Shown here piece by piece: positions 19,612-28,850 of a DNA stretch of 64,000 bases (positions are counted from its first letter, which is position 1; every line of letters starts with the position of its first letter). The notes beneath the pieces are model-generated. The model had not been told where the DNA came from, ran no database searches, and saw only the letters and a list, made by a program, of their open reading frames with translations. Position numbers and translations under genes: made by a program. Origin of the DNA: Elusimicrobiota bacterium (GTDB lineage Bacteria > Elusimicrobiota > Endomicrobiia > Endomicrobiales > JBDRNC01); contig JBDRNC010000004.1 of NCBI GenBank assembly GCA_043811535.1, positions 32,001 through 96,000 of the forward strand, written 5' to 3'.

Positions 19612-19616
19612 CCACG

Positions 19617-20444
19617 ATGTGCTTTGTTTTGGCGGTTAGCCGGTCCGGATATTACGCCTGGAAGACGCGAAGCCAAAGCAGGCGTTGCCGTGAAGATGCA
19701 ACGTTGCTGGTCCAGATTCAGTGTATTTATGCCAAGAGCCGAAAAGTCTATGGGGCTCCAAGGATACATGAAGCATTGAAGTCTGAAGGGCTGCATTTGG
19801 GACGAAAGCGAGTAGCACGGTTGATGAGGGTCCATGGAATAGTTGCTGAGCCTCATCGAAGGATGCGATGGAAACAGGCTTATAAGACGGCTGAAGCAGC
19901 GGATAATCTGGTGAACCGACAGTTTGATGTTCCGGAACCAAACAGAGTATGGGCTGCCGATATGACGATGTTCTGGACAGGCTCCGGATGGGTGCATTTG
20001 GCGGTCGTAATTGATCTTTTTTCGCGAAGAGTTGTAGGATGGGCCATGCATGGTCAACCCTCGGAGCGTTTGGTGATTAATGCCCTGGAAATGGCTGTTT
20101 TGAGCCGAAGACCCGAAGGTTCTTTGATTCATCATTGTGATCAGGGAAGCCAGTATAGAAGCTATCATTTCCGTTCCAAGCTGAAAGAGTATGGCATACA
20201 GCTCAGCATGAGTCGTAAAGGAAACTGCTGGGATAACGCAGTTGTAGAGAGCTTCTTCAAGACCTTGAAACAAGAACTGCAGAACGATGCCAGATTCGTT
20301 TCGCGAGAAGAAGCCAGATCACAGTTGTTTGAATACATAGAAATATTTTACAATCGTAAAAGGCTGCACTCGACGTTGGGCTATCTAAGCCCTACGCAAT
20401 ACGAGTCGAAATTACCTGCTTCTGTGTCCACAAAAGCGGGGTAA
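19617..20444 (+). CDS. IS3 transposase OrfB (DDE/rve), expressed by -1 frameshift from OrfA
   Basis: VSRSGYYAW, YGAPRI, WAADMT, HHCDQGSQY, GNCWDNAVVESFF, YNRKRLHSTLGY; the -1 frame is open back to the A8G site. Confidence 0.93.
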   Translation: MCFVLAVSRSGYYAWKTRSQSRRCREDATLLVQIQCIYAKSRKVYGAPRIHEALKSEGLHLGRKRVARLMRVHGIVAEPHRRMRWKQAYKTAEAADNLVNRQFDVPEPNRVWAADMTMFWTGSGWVHLAVVIDLFSRRVVGWAMHGQPSERLVINALEMAVLSRRPEGSLIHHCDQGSQYRSYHFRSKLKEYGIQLSMSRKGNCWDNAVVESFFKTLKQELQNDARFVSREEARSQLFEYIEIFYNRKRLHSTLGYLSPTQYESKLPASVSTKAG

Positions 20445-20452
20445 CTCCACTC

Positions 20453-20631
20453 CGTCCCCTATTCAACATTGATGTGTTTATATATACATCATAAAGATTT
20501 TGCTGTTTGCATGTCCATGAAGGAGCTGATAGATACTGATTAGCCGTATCAATCAAGTCATTTCTGCTCTTTGCAGAAAGCAAGCACGTGTTTGATAACA
20601 TCAATAATGAAATAATGATTAGTTTATTCAT
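20453..20631 (-). pseudogene. Truncated second copy of the NlpC/P60-like gene (N-terminus only)
   Basis: MNKLIIISLLMLSNTCLLSAKSRNDLIDTANQYLSAPSWTCKQQNLYDVYINTSM; about 90 bp identical to 22534-22627; homology ends near 20467 just before the IS3. Confidence 0.75.
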
Positions 20632-21922
20632 CTTTTCCAAAAGGAATAAATAATATTCGACGGAATAGCGGATGCGGAAATATGCTATAGACATGTCCGT
20701 CTTGTCCGATTTTGCCGCCAGGATTATTCCCGCCTAATCTTCTTACGATAACAACATTGTGTGTTCCAGTTAATTTTCCGTCCAAAGCATATTCTAATAC
20801 ATCTAAATCATAATAATCATCTCCAACAAATCTATCAGTGCAAAATATTCTATAGCCTTTATTATCAAATAAATAGGCCCTCCCTAGTATATTATATGTA
20901 TCAATAATTTCCGGGAAGGTTATCGTAGTATTATAACCATTAATAGTTTTTAAACTCATCATCTTCATGTTTTTACCAACCAATCTTACTTCATAATTCA
21001 ATTTATTAACGGTATCCTGGTGAGATTTGACATTAAATATCTTTTCATTAATAAAATCATATTTTCCGCCTTCCGCAGCCATGTTCACATTCCCATTTTC
21101 CAATAATAACTCGGGCGTATAAAGCTGTTTGGATTTTAGTATTACAGGATATTTGTTTGTTAATTCATCATCCGTAAAACGCCACACATCATACTCCCCC
21201 TGGGGTTCCATAAACCGCGGAAACGTAACATTCTTCACTAAAAGGAAATAAAGATTATCTTGCCCGTCAATGGCGATATCTGCTCCGAAATAATAAATAT
21301 CCTTGTTAAGATAGTAATAATACTCTGTTTCATTGTCCGGATAGTAATCTGCTCCATCTAATATACACCAGGCGTCCGGTGCTCCACTTTGCTCATCTCT
21401 AATGCCTTTTTTCCGATATTTAACCGCGCTTTCTCCGTTCTTTCTTGCTCTTGCAGGAACTGCAATAGATTTAATGTATTTACCATCTTTTGAAAACTTC
21501 TGTATCCTGTTATTCATGGGGTCAAGGAAGTATATCTCGCCTTTTGAATTGACGGCATAATGTCTACCATAACCTGAACCCGTACCTTCTCCGGTCATAA
21601 ATGAATCAAGCATAAACTTGCCGGGTTCGGTTCCGTTGACTATTTCAAACAGCTTCTCTTCTTTCGTTTCAAGCAGCATCACGGGATATGTTGCATAAGG
21701 CGTCAGCACTTCCACATACGGGGCAGACGATTCAATAAGCGTGTATCCTGGAGGCATCTCTACATCAGTGATTTTGAGCTTCTTTGCCGGTTTCTTCTGT
21801 TCCTGCTGGTTAAGTATTTCTTGGTTTGAGGGTTGGTCAGGCAACAGTTCTTTTTTAGCCTTACAGCACGATAGAATAATGGCACAAAACAAAATTAGCA
21901 ATACTGGTTTTATTGATCCCAT
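20624..21922 (-). CDS. Lipoprotein with NHL/beta-propeller-like repeats (paralog B)
   Basis: Lipobox-like IILSCC; YAVNSKGEIYFLDPMNNRIQKFSKDGKY and DIAIDGQDNLYF. Confidence 0.8.
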   Translation of the reverse strand: MGSIKPVLLILFCAIILSCCKAKKELLPDQPSNQEILNQQEQKKPAKKLKITDVEMPPGYTLIESSAPYVEVLTPYATYPVMLLETKEEKLFEIVNGTEPGKFMLDSFMTGEGTGSGYGRHYAVNSKGEIYFLDPMNNRIQKFSKDGKYIKSIAVPARARKNGESAVKYRKKGIRDEQSGAPDAWCILDGADYYPDNETEYYYYLNKDIYYFGADIAIDGQDNLYFLLVKNVTFPRFMEPQGEYDVWRFTDDELTNKYPVILKSKQLYTPELLLENGNVNMAAEGGKYDFINEKIFNVKSHQDTVNKLNYEVRLVGKNMKMMSLKTINGYNTTITFPEIIDTYNILGRAYLFDNKGYRIFCTDRFVGDDYYDLDVLEYALDGKLTGTHNVVIVRRLGGNNPGGKIGQDGHVYSIFPHPLFRRILFIPFGKDE

Positions 21923-21943
21923 AAACGCTCCTTGAGCACTTAG

Positions 21944-21972
21944 CCGTTTAACACTTCCGAAGTGTTAAACGG
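21944..21972. repeat. Perfect 13-bp inverted repeat between the two cassettes
   Basis: CCGTTTAACACTT-CCG-AAGTGTTAAACGG. Confidence 0.6.
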
Positions 21973-22041
21973 TGTAATATCTCGGGATACTATGCTGTTA
22001 TCATTTCTTTCTTTGCAACAATAAAAGATATGTCACCGGGA

Positions 22042-22698
22042 CTAAAGAACAACATGGGTGTAGTCACCATCTTTATTTTGATAAACAAGAAAATCACCCT
22101 TTTTCAATTCTTTCGGCGCTATAGGCATACAGTGCCCTCTCACGCCTTCCGATACATTCCATTTATTTTCCACATTCGCGACATTATACATCACCAATCT
22201 TTGTACAAAACCGCTGCAGTCAATGCCTGCATAGCCATCAGTAGGCGAGCCTTGAGTAGAACTGTCTGGATTATAATCATGGTCTCTTGCGCCGGCGATA
22301 TATTTTTTGGCAGTATCATCTATTTTTTCCTTAAATCTGGCGGGCTTATCCACATGCCCCCAAGCATATGCGACACCGGTATAATAAGGAATGAGGTCAT
22401 CTTTTTTGAATGGCCAGAATATTTCTCTTAAATTATTGTTGGGATTACAATCTCTATCATCAATACCATCCGAACCAATTTTCATTCCTTCCCGGATATC
22501 ATTTTTTGTAAATATATAGAATCCTTCTTTGGGCATTGATGTGTTTATATATACATCATAAAGATTTTGCTGTTTGCATGTCCATGAAGGAGCTGATAGA
22601 TACTGATTAGCCGTATCAATCAAGTCACTTCTGCTGCTTGCAGAAAGCAGGCAAGTATTTTATAATATCAATAGTAGAATAACAGTTCTTTTATTCAT
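22042..22698 (-). pseudogene. NlpC/P60-like cysteine peptidase, disrupted
   Basis: GVAYAWG...GIDCSGFVQR...KGDFLV...THVVL. Natural ATG at 22698 is followed by TAA at codon 13 (TCA in the paralog), and the ORF ends three residues after the putative catalytic His. Confidence 0.75.
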
Positions 22699-23959
22699 CT
22701 TTTAAAATCGGTTTAAAACCTACTCTCAGAAACAACGGATATGGATATCTATTGTAGGCGTATCCATCTTGCTCTATCTTGCCGGCAAAGCAATTTCCAT
22801 ATATTGTTAAATGGATTGCCCTGCTAAACACGCCTAAACAGTTTCCATTAAGGTTATATTCTACTATTTCTCCATCAAATCCATCTCGCAAATTATGGGT
22901 TGTATATATTCTAATTATTGAATCTTCAGTTACAAATGTTCTGCCGAGTACAGTAAAAATATCTATATCTTTGCGGAGCTTTATAACAGTTTGGTTTCCG
23001 TCCAATTGTGTCAATTTAATAATACAATTATCTTTATCAATAACCTCAACGATATAGTGTTTCTTTTTAACTATATTGAGTTTATCTGAATCAAGCCTTT
23101 CCTTATTAACAGCATCGTTCAAGTCATAAACGGTTCCATACCTGCCGGTAAAGTCATTATTAAATTCATAGCTGATTATTCTATGCGGATATTTTTTCAC
23201 TAACTTATCATTAATAAATTGCCATACCTCATACTCACCCTGCAGATGCATAAACCGTGTAAACTCAACATTCTTTACTAAAAGAAAATAGAGAATATCC
23301 TGCCCGTCAACGGCTATATCTGTTCCGAAATAATACAAATCCCTATTAAAATAGTAATAGTGAGCAGTATCTTCTAAATAAAAGTTACTTTCATCTAATA
23401 TACACCAGGCATCTGGTTTTTCTCTTTGCTTATCTGGAATGCCTTCTTTCTTGTATTTAACCGCACTTTCTCCGTTTTTTCCTGCCCTTGCGGGAACTGC
23501 AATTGATTTAATGTATTTACCGGTTCTACTGAATTTCTGTATCCTGTTATTCATCGGGTCAAGGAAATATATCTCTCCTTTTGAATTCACGGCATAATGT
23601 CTACCAAAACCTGTACCCGTACCTTCACCTGTAAGCATTTCATCAAACATAAACTTGCCGGGTTCTGTCCCGGTAACTATTTCAAACAGCTTCTCTTCTT
23701 TCATTTCAAGAAGCATCACGGGATGCGCTGCATAAGGTGTTAAAACCTGTACATACGGATTTGAAGAATCCACAAGAGAATAACCAATAGGCATTTCAAT
23801 ATCTGTTATTTTCAATATTTTCTTTGGAACATTTTGCTTTTTCAACTGTTGGGTAGCAGTTTGCCGGGGTATCGGTTCCTGTTTTGGCTTACAGCCAAAC
23901 AGAATAACAAAACTCAATAACAGCAATAGAATTGATTTTAAATAATTCATTAATACCAT
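22691..23959 (-). CDS. Lipoprotein with NHL/beta-propeller-like repeats (paralog A)
   Basis: Lipobox ILFGC; N-terminal ~250 aa closely match 20624-21922, C-terminus divergent. Confidence 0.8.
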   Translation of the reverse strand: MVLMNYLKSILLLLLSFVILFGCKPKQEPIPRQTATQQLKKQNVPKKILKITDIEMPIGYSLVDSSNPYVQVLTPYAAHPVMLLEMKEEKLFEIVTGTEPGKFMFDEMLTGEGTGTGFGRHYAVNSKGEIYFLDPMNNRIQKFSRTGKYIKSIAVPARAGKNGESAVKYKKEGIPDKQREKPDAWCILDESNFYLEDTAHYYYFNRDLYYFGTDIAVDGQDILYFLLVKNVEFTRFMHLQGEYEVWQFINDKLVKKYPHRIISYEFNNDFTGRYGTVYDLNDAVNKERLDSDKLNIVKKKHYIVEVIDKDNCIIKLTQLDGNQTVIKLRKDIDIFTVLGRTFVTEDSIIRIYTTHNLRDGFDGEIVEYNLNGNCLGVFSRAIHLTIYGNCFAGKIEQDGYAYNRYPYPLFLRVGFKPILKDE

Positions 23960-24116
23960 TACCTCTCAAATATTATTTACCTTCCCACTCATTTTTGAAG
24001 AAATCAGGGTCGTATTCACCAATTAAGGCATAAACATCAAGAGTATAGTCAGGTTGACCATGGTGTGCCCCGCTTGAAAATGATACCAATAAAATAGATC
24101 AGAAGCAATCGCGGAA

Positions 24117-24145
24117 TTGACCGTTTTTTTGTTTTTTTATATCAT
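24117..24145 (+). promoter_or_regulatory. Sigma-70 promoter for the NCS2 permease
   Basis: TTGACC-17 bp-TATCAT; GGGAGG RBS before ATG 24175. Confidence 0.55.
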
Positions 24146-24174
24146 TAAGAACACTCTAATACCGGGAGGCGCTG

Positions 24175-25494
24175 ATGCTCGAAAAACTTTTCAAGCTCAA
24201 AGAGAACAACACTGACGTCAGGACTGAGGTTATCGGCGGGGCCACGACTTTTTTAACAATGTCTTATATTATTTTCGTCCAGCCGGTCGTGCTGGCGGCC
24301 TGCGGGATGAACAAGGATGCCGTTTTTGTCGCGACCTGCGTGGCGTCGGCCGTCGCGTGCCTGCTGATGGCCTTTCTGGCGAACTACCCGATAGCGCTGG
24401 CGCCCGCGATGGGACATAATTTTTATTTCGCCTACGTTGTCTGCATCGGCATGGGAGTGCCGTGGCAGATCGCGTTGGGAGCGAATTTCATATCCGGATT
24501 GTTATTCATGGCGCTTTCATTCGTCGGCCTTCGCGAAAAACTCGTAAACTCCATCCCGATGTCTCTGAAGAACGCCATAGCCGTGGGCATAGGACTTCTC
24601 ATCGCGCTTATCGGCCTTGAATGGTCAGGGATAATCGTTCAGGTGCCCGGGACATTGATAGGGCTCGGCCACCTGAAAAGCCCTTTCGTGCTTCTCTCTT
24701 TGTTCGGCGTAATGACAATCACTATCCTCATGACCTTGCGCGTGAAAGGCGCCATTCTCATCGGCCTTATCGTCAACGCCGTGATAGCGCTCCTGCTGGG
24801 CATGACCCGCTTTGAAGGCATTGTATCCTCCCCTCCTTCCATAGGCGATACATTATTCAAACTTGACATCAAAAACGCTCTGACATGGAACATGATAGGG
24901 GTGATATTTACGTTGTTTTTCCTTGACCTTTTTGATACTGTAGGCACTCTGGTCGGAATTAGCGAAGAGGCGGGCCTGATGAAAGGCGGCAAACTGCCCA
25001 GGGCCAAAGGGGCGCTCATGAGCGACGCGCTCGGAACCATCCAGGGTACGTTGCTCGGAACATCCACGGTGACAAGCTATATTGAAAGCTCCACCGGAGT
25101 GGCGGAAGGCGCAAAAACAGGCCTTGCGAACGTTGTTACGGCCGTATTATTCGTGCTGGCGCTGTTTTTTTATCCGCTGATTAAGATGGTTTCGGCCGGG
25201 TGCGCGTCCGGAGGCGCCGTCTTTTACCCCGTTATTTCTCCCGCGCTGATAATGGTCGGGGTGCTCATGATGGCAAACGTCAAAACCATCGATTGGAAAG
25301 ACCTGACGGAAGCCATGCCCGCCTTCCTGACGATAGTGATAATGTCATTCTCGTTCAGCATCACGGAGGGCATATCGTTCGGGTTCATAACCTATACGCT
25401 TTTAAAAACGGTTAAAGGGAAGTTCAAGGAAGTGCCAGTGCTGGTAAGCGTGTTCTCGGTTTTGTTCATACTGAGATACATATTCCTGATGTAA
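24175..25494 (+). CDS. NCS2 family nucleobase permease (AzgA/PbuG-like)
   Basis: LFKLKENNTDVRTEVIGGATTFLTMSYI, NYPIALAPAMG, DLFDTVGTL, LGTSTVTSYIESSTGV; many TM helices. Confidence 0.93.
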   Translation: MLEKLFKLKENNTDVRTEVIGGATTFLTMSYIIFVQPVVLAACGMNKDAVFVATCVASAVACLLMAFLANYPIALAPAMGHNFYFAYVVCIGMGVPWQIALGANFISGLLFMALSFVGLREKLVNSIPMSLKNAIAVGIGLLIALIGLEWSGIIVQVPGTLIGLGHLKSPFVLLSLFGVMTITILMTLRVKGAILIGLIVNAVIALLLGMTRFEGIVSSPPSIGDTLFKLDIKNALTWNMIGVIFTLFFLDLFDTVGTLVGISEEAGLMKGGKLPRAKGALMSDALGTIQGTLLGTSTVTSYIESSTGVAEGAKTGLANVVTAVLFVLALFFYPLIKMVSAGCASGGAVFYPVISPALIMVGVLMMANVKTIDWKDLTEAMPAFLTIVIMSFSFSITEGISFGFITYTLLKTVKGKFKEVPVLVSVFSVLFILRYIFLM

Positions 25495-25517
25495 ATCAGC
25501 AATATGCTGAATAGACG

Positions 25518-25620
25518 AAAAAAAGCCATACTCGATCTGCTTGTTGAGACCTATCGAGTATGGCTTGCTTCTACTTCACCTGCAACTTCTTTCCAGGGCC
25601 CATGACGGCCCCAACTGATT
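25518..25620 (-). ncRNA. Candidate ~100-nt small RNA or orphan leader with its own promoter and terminator
   Basis: Lies downstream of the promoter at 25627-25654; 5' GGGGCC/GGCCCT hairpin; ends in 14-bp stem AAGCCATACTCGAT/ATCGAGTATGGCTT running into T7. Confidence 0.45.
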
Positions 25621-25626
25621 ACTAAT

Positions 25627-25654
25627 ACTATAGCAGATTGATTGGCATTGTCAA
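25627..25654 (-). promoter_or_regulatory. Sigma-70 promoter with extended -10
   Basis: TTGACA-16 bp-TATAGT, with TG one base upstream of the -10. Confidence 0.55.
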
Positions 25655-25679
25655 GTATTATTATTTTGCTTCCGGTTAC

Positions 25680-28600
25680 TCAGTATATTATCTCAACGCT
25701 GGACGGCAACTTGCTGAATGTTATCGTATCTTTTGTGAATTTTTCCCACTTTTTGCCGTTGACTTTGACTTCTCGTATATCCTTGTTGTTCGCCGGATTC
25801 CTCAAAACAAAACCGTTCACGGGGTTCTCAAGTTTTCCCGTGAACGCAACCTTTATCACGCCACCTTCCTTCTTCATCGAATAGCTCAGTTTTCCGTAAT
25901 ACGTGGGAAGGTTCTTGACAGATATCCCGTTGCCCTCAAGCCACTTCTCGTCAATGCCGGAACCCATGACGAGCTGGCGGTCATAATCATCTTCATAAAC
26001 GAACATGCACCTGATGACATTTATGTATATCGAACCTATCCATGAATGGGGCATGTCGCCGAGGTAGACCGGGGCCGTCGGGTCGCGCGGTATGACTTCC
26101 GACCAGTGGTTCCATTCCTTCGGCCTCAAGCCCTTGAAAACGTATCTTACCAGGTTCAGCCCTTTTTCTTTCTCGCCGAGCATGAAGAACGACTGCGCGC
26201 CCCTTATCTCGTACGGCGAGAACTCTACGGGCCCTTTCGCCGTCAATCTCTTATAAAACTCGTCCTGATAATATCTGTTCAGCATGTATGTGATGTTGTC
26301 CATGTCCAGATAGCGGTATTCAAACGTCGGGAAGAGCATTATAGACATTCCGATGGCGTCGAATTCCGCAAGCCCTATGGATGCGGGGATATAGCGGATA
26401 TTCTTCTGGTTCTGCACGATCGAAATGTCTTTCAGCAGGCAGTTCCTGAAATCATCTTCTTCTTTCAGCATCCACGGTATAAGTTCCGCCCTGCCTGCAA
26501 TCTTTGCCAGCGGCTGGGCTTCCTTCCACGCTTTCAGCGATAGAAAATCATCAAACAGGCTCTGCTGGGGATTATCCAGGTATCCCTCATGGCTCTGGTT
26601 CTTCGGCAGTATGCCGAACATAGGCGTGCCGGCGTAGCGCACGTCCGACATCTCGGCGCGCAGTTTTTCTATGAATTTCAGCGCCTTCTCTACGGTCGGA
26701 AATATCTTCTTCAGGAACTCCTTGTCTTTTGTGAAGCTGTAATAATCATAGATTGCCCAGACGTATTCGCCCGACGCGTCATATTCTCTCCAGTTTTTTG
26801 CGTAGTCCACGAGCTTGCCGGTCTTTGAATCCAGGATGCAGGGTATCTCGCCGTCCGGCGTCTGCGTCCCGGCCAGCCATTCAAGGTACTGTTTCGCGAA
26901 TTCCGGCTCCGTGGCCCTTAAAAGCGCGGCCTGTATGAACGCGCCGTCCCTTATCCAGGATCTTTCGTAGCTCCTCGAACCCGGCTGGAGCGCGGCGCCG
27001 TCCCTGTGTATGAGGATATACGCTATATTCGAGCGAAGCACGTCCATAATGCCCGGCTCCGGGATATTTATCTCTATCATGTTCAGCCGTTTCTGCCAGA
27101 GCGCTTTCGCCTGAGCGTAGTCCCGCATGAATTCTTCCCTGGAAGGAATTTTTGCGCTGTTGATGTTCCCGTCAAGAGGCAGAATGAATAAATACTCCTT
27201 TTCTTCGCCCGCCGCAAGGCTGAATTCGTATGACAGGGCCGCTGAAGCGCTGCCCGCCGGGTCGCTCACGCTTTCTTTTCCCGAAAGTTCGCCCTTGATC
27301 AGCCCGAAAAGCAGGTCCTCATCCTTGAACGCTTTCGCGCCGAAGGTATCCGGTTTTGACAGGGCTATTATTCCCTTATTTGAGTTAATTTCAATTTTAT
27401 TCCCGTTTTCTTTGCTGTTTATCGCGCTGATCACAGTCATTCCGCCGTGCATCCAGGGCGGGTTGACTTCAATGGGTCTTACGGAGAGAATATATTTCCC
27501 CGCGGCGGCTTTTGAAGAAAGATTTTTCAGCGTGCATATAATATAAGTTGAAGCATTGTCCTTTCCGCCATAGCCAAAAAGCTTTTCGGAATACTCGACG
27601 CCCTTGCATTTCCATGTCACGGAAGGTATCGGCAGGTAATTGTCCTCAAGAGCCAGCGAAATATCGGCGTCGGTGAAATTAACCAGTTCATTGTTAAGGT
27701 ACAGGAACGGTATGACTGAAAACCCGTTCGTATAGGAGCCGATCAGCCCTTTTGAAGATAAAAGACTCTCATTAAAGCTGTCCTCCGTGCCCACAACCGT
27801 CCAGTAATCCTGCTTATCGTTCAGCCAGAGCGGAAAATATCCCGGCGAGTACATGTTGGCTGTCATCTGATAGAATTCTTTGGGATTGCTGGCGTTCTTT
27901 GTGTTGTTAAGGACCTCCGCCAGCGTGTTTTTCGCGATTATAACCGACTTAAACACGCTATTGCCGCCGTTGGCGTTCTTCAATTTCACGGAAAACAAGT
28001 TTTCCGAACCGGGCCTGGCGTATTCCGTTATATCAATCTCCGCAGGTATTTTAGGACTTAGGATGGTTTTCACGAAGCTGCCGTTCACGGAAAGGTCATA
28101 CTCTTCTAATGACGCGTTAAACGCGATGAATACCTTGTTGCCGCTCCATGATTTTGGCAGGTAGATCGTTCTTTCCGGAACCGCGCTGAAATCCCAATTC
28201 ACTTTCTGGATGTGTTCCGGTTCTTTCTGCCCGATTCCGAAAGGTTCTCTCTCCGTCCTTACCGCTATCTCAAACAGCGAAAAACCGAAACCTGTGCCCC
28301 GCTTCCGGCACTGCATTTTCACGTACCGGGCAGAAACTTTCTGTATATCTATATCTTCCACGCCTCCGGACCCTTTCGGTTGGGTATATGCCGTCGTCCA
28401 TCTGTTTTTATCTTCCGAAACCATCACATCATAGCTCTCCCCATACGCGGTTTCCCACAACAGCTTGATACCTATGAGTTTTTCGGTGCCCCCCAGGTCA
28501 AGTTCTATCCACTGGTTGTCCGCCGCGGCACTGCTCCACCTTGTGGATAAGTTTCCGTCTACCGCTTTGGCCGCAGTCTTATCGGCGGCTTCATCTGTTG

Positions 28601-28709
28601 AAGAAATAGCTGTAATTGCAATGCATTTATCCAATCCGGCGCCGCAGGAATATAGTCCCAAAATAACCGCCGCGCAAAAAACGCTGATTTTCAACCTGTG
28701 AAAAACCAT
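25680..28709 (-). CDS. Lipoprotein: F5/8 type C (CBM32/discoidin) domain + (alpha/alpha)6 glycoside hydrolase-like domain
   Basis: Lipobox LYSC; AVDGNLSTRWSS..QWIELDLG..ARYVKM; LQPGSRSYERSWIRDGA, SHEGY, YLGDMPHSW. Confidence 0.8.
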   Translation of the reverse strand: MVFHRLKISVFCAAVILGLYSCGAGLDKCIAITAISSTDEAADKTAAKAVDGNLSTRWSSAAADNQWIELDLGGTEKLIGIKLLWETAYGESYDVMVSEDKNRWTTAYTQPKGSGGVEDIDIQKVSARYVKMQCRKRGTGFGFSLFEIAVRTEREPFGIGQKEPEHIQKVNWDFSAVPERTIYLPKSWSGNKVFIAFNASLEEYDLSVNGSFVKTILSPKIPAEIDITEYARPGSENLFSVKLKNANGGNSVFKSVIIAKNTLAEVLNNTKNASNPKEFYQMTANMYSPGYFPLWLNDKQDYWTVVGTEDSFNESLLSSKGLIGSYTNGFSVIPFLYLNNELVNFTDADISLALEDNYLPIPSVTWKCKGVEYSEKLFGYGGKDNASTYIICTLKNLSSKAAAGKYILSVRPIEVNPPWMHGGMTVISAINSKENGNKIEINSNKGIIALSKPDTFGAKAFKDEDLLFGLIKGELSGKESVSDPAGSASAALSYEFSLAAGEEKEYLFILPLDGNINSAKIPSREEFMRDYAQAKALWQKRLNMIEINIPEPGIMDVLRSNIAYILIHRDGAALQPGSRSYERSWIRDGAFIQAALLRATEPEFAKQYLEWLAGTQTPDGEIPCILDSKTGKLVDYAKNWREYDASGEYVWAIYDYYSFTKDKEFLKKIFPTVEKALKFIEKLRAEMSDVRYAGTPMFGILPKNQSHEGYLDNPQQSLFDDFLSLKAWKEAQPLAKIAGRAELIPWMLKEEDDFRNCLLKDISIVQNQKNIRYIPASIGLAEFDAIGMSIMLFPTFEYRYLDMDNITYMLNRYYQDEFYKRLTAKGPVEFSPYEIRGAQSFFMLGEKEKGLNLVRYVFKGLRPKEWNHWSEVIPRDPTAPVYLGDMPHSWIGSIYINVIRCMFVYEDDYDRQLVMGSGIDEKWLEGNGISVKNLPTYYGKLSYSMKKEGGVIKVAFTGKLENPVNGFVLRNPANNKDIREVKVNGKKWEKFTKDTITFSKLPSSVEIIY

Positions 28710-28850
28710 TGTCCGGCTCCTTTTTTAATATACAACAGAATTTTCGCGTGTTATCAAAGATTTTTTAACAAAAATTATGGAAGTTTTGCGGGAAATAAGC
28801 CGTTTCCGGACGCCGTCAAATACATATCCGGCGATACCGGCAAGTGACTC

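Larger units (their letters stand above)
19208..20449 (+). mobile_element. Complete IS3-family insertion sequence (1242 bp)
   Basis: IRL TGGACTTGCCCCGGTTTAGTGGACAC; IRR (reverse complement) TGGAGTTACCCCGCTTTTGTGGACAC; 3-bp target duplication CTC; orfA/orfB with A8G slippery site at 19530-19538. Confidence 0.95.

Noticed and set aside
19545..20273. 242-aa minus-strand ORF
   Set aside because: Antisense to IS3 orfB; such shadow ORFs are common in IS3 elements
20392..20694. 100-aa ORF as an intact gene
   Set aside because: It is a chimera of the truncated NlpC/P60 N-terminus (likely start 20631) reading into the IS3 right end
24061..24175. Purine riboswitch upstream of the NCS2 permease
   Set aside because: The predicted promoter leaves only about 25 nt of leader and no purine-aptamer consensus is visible
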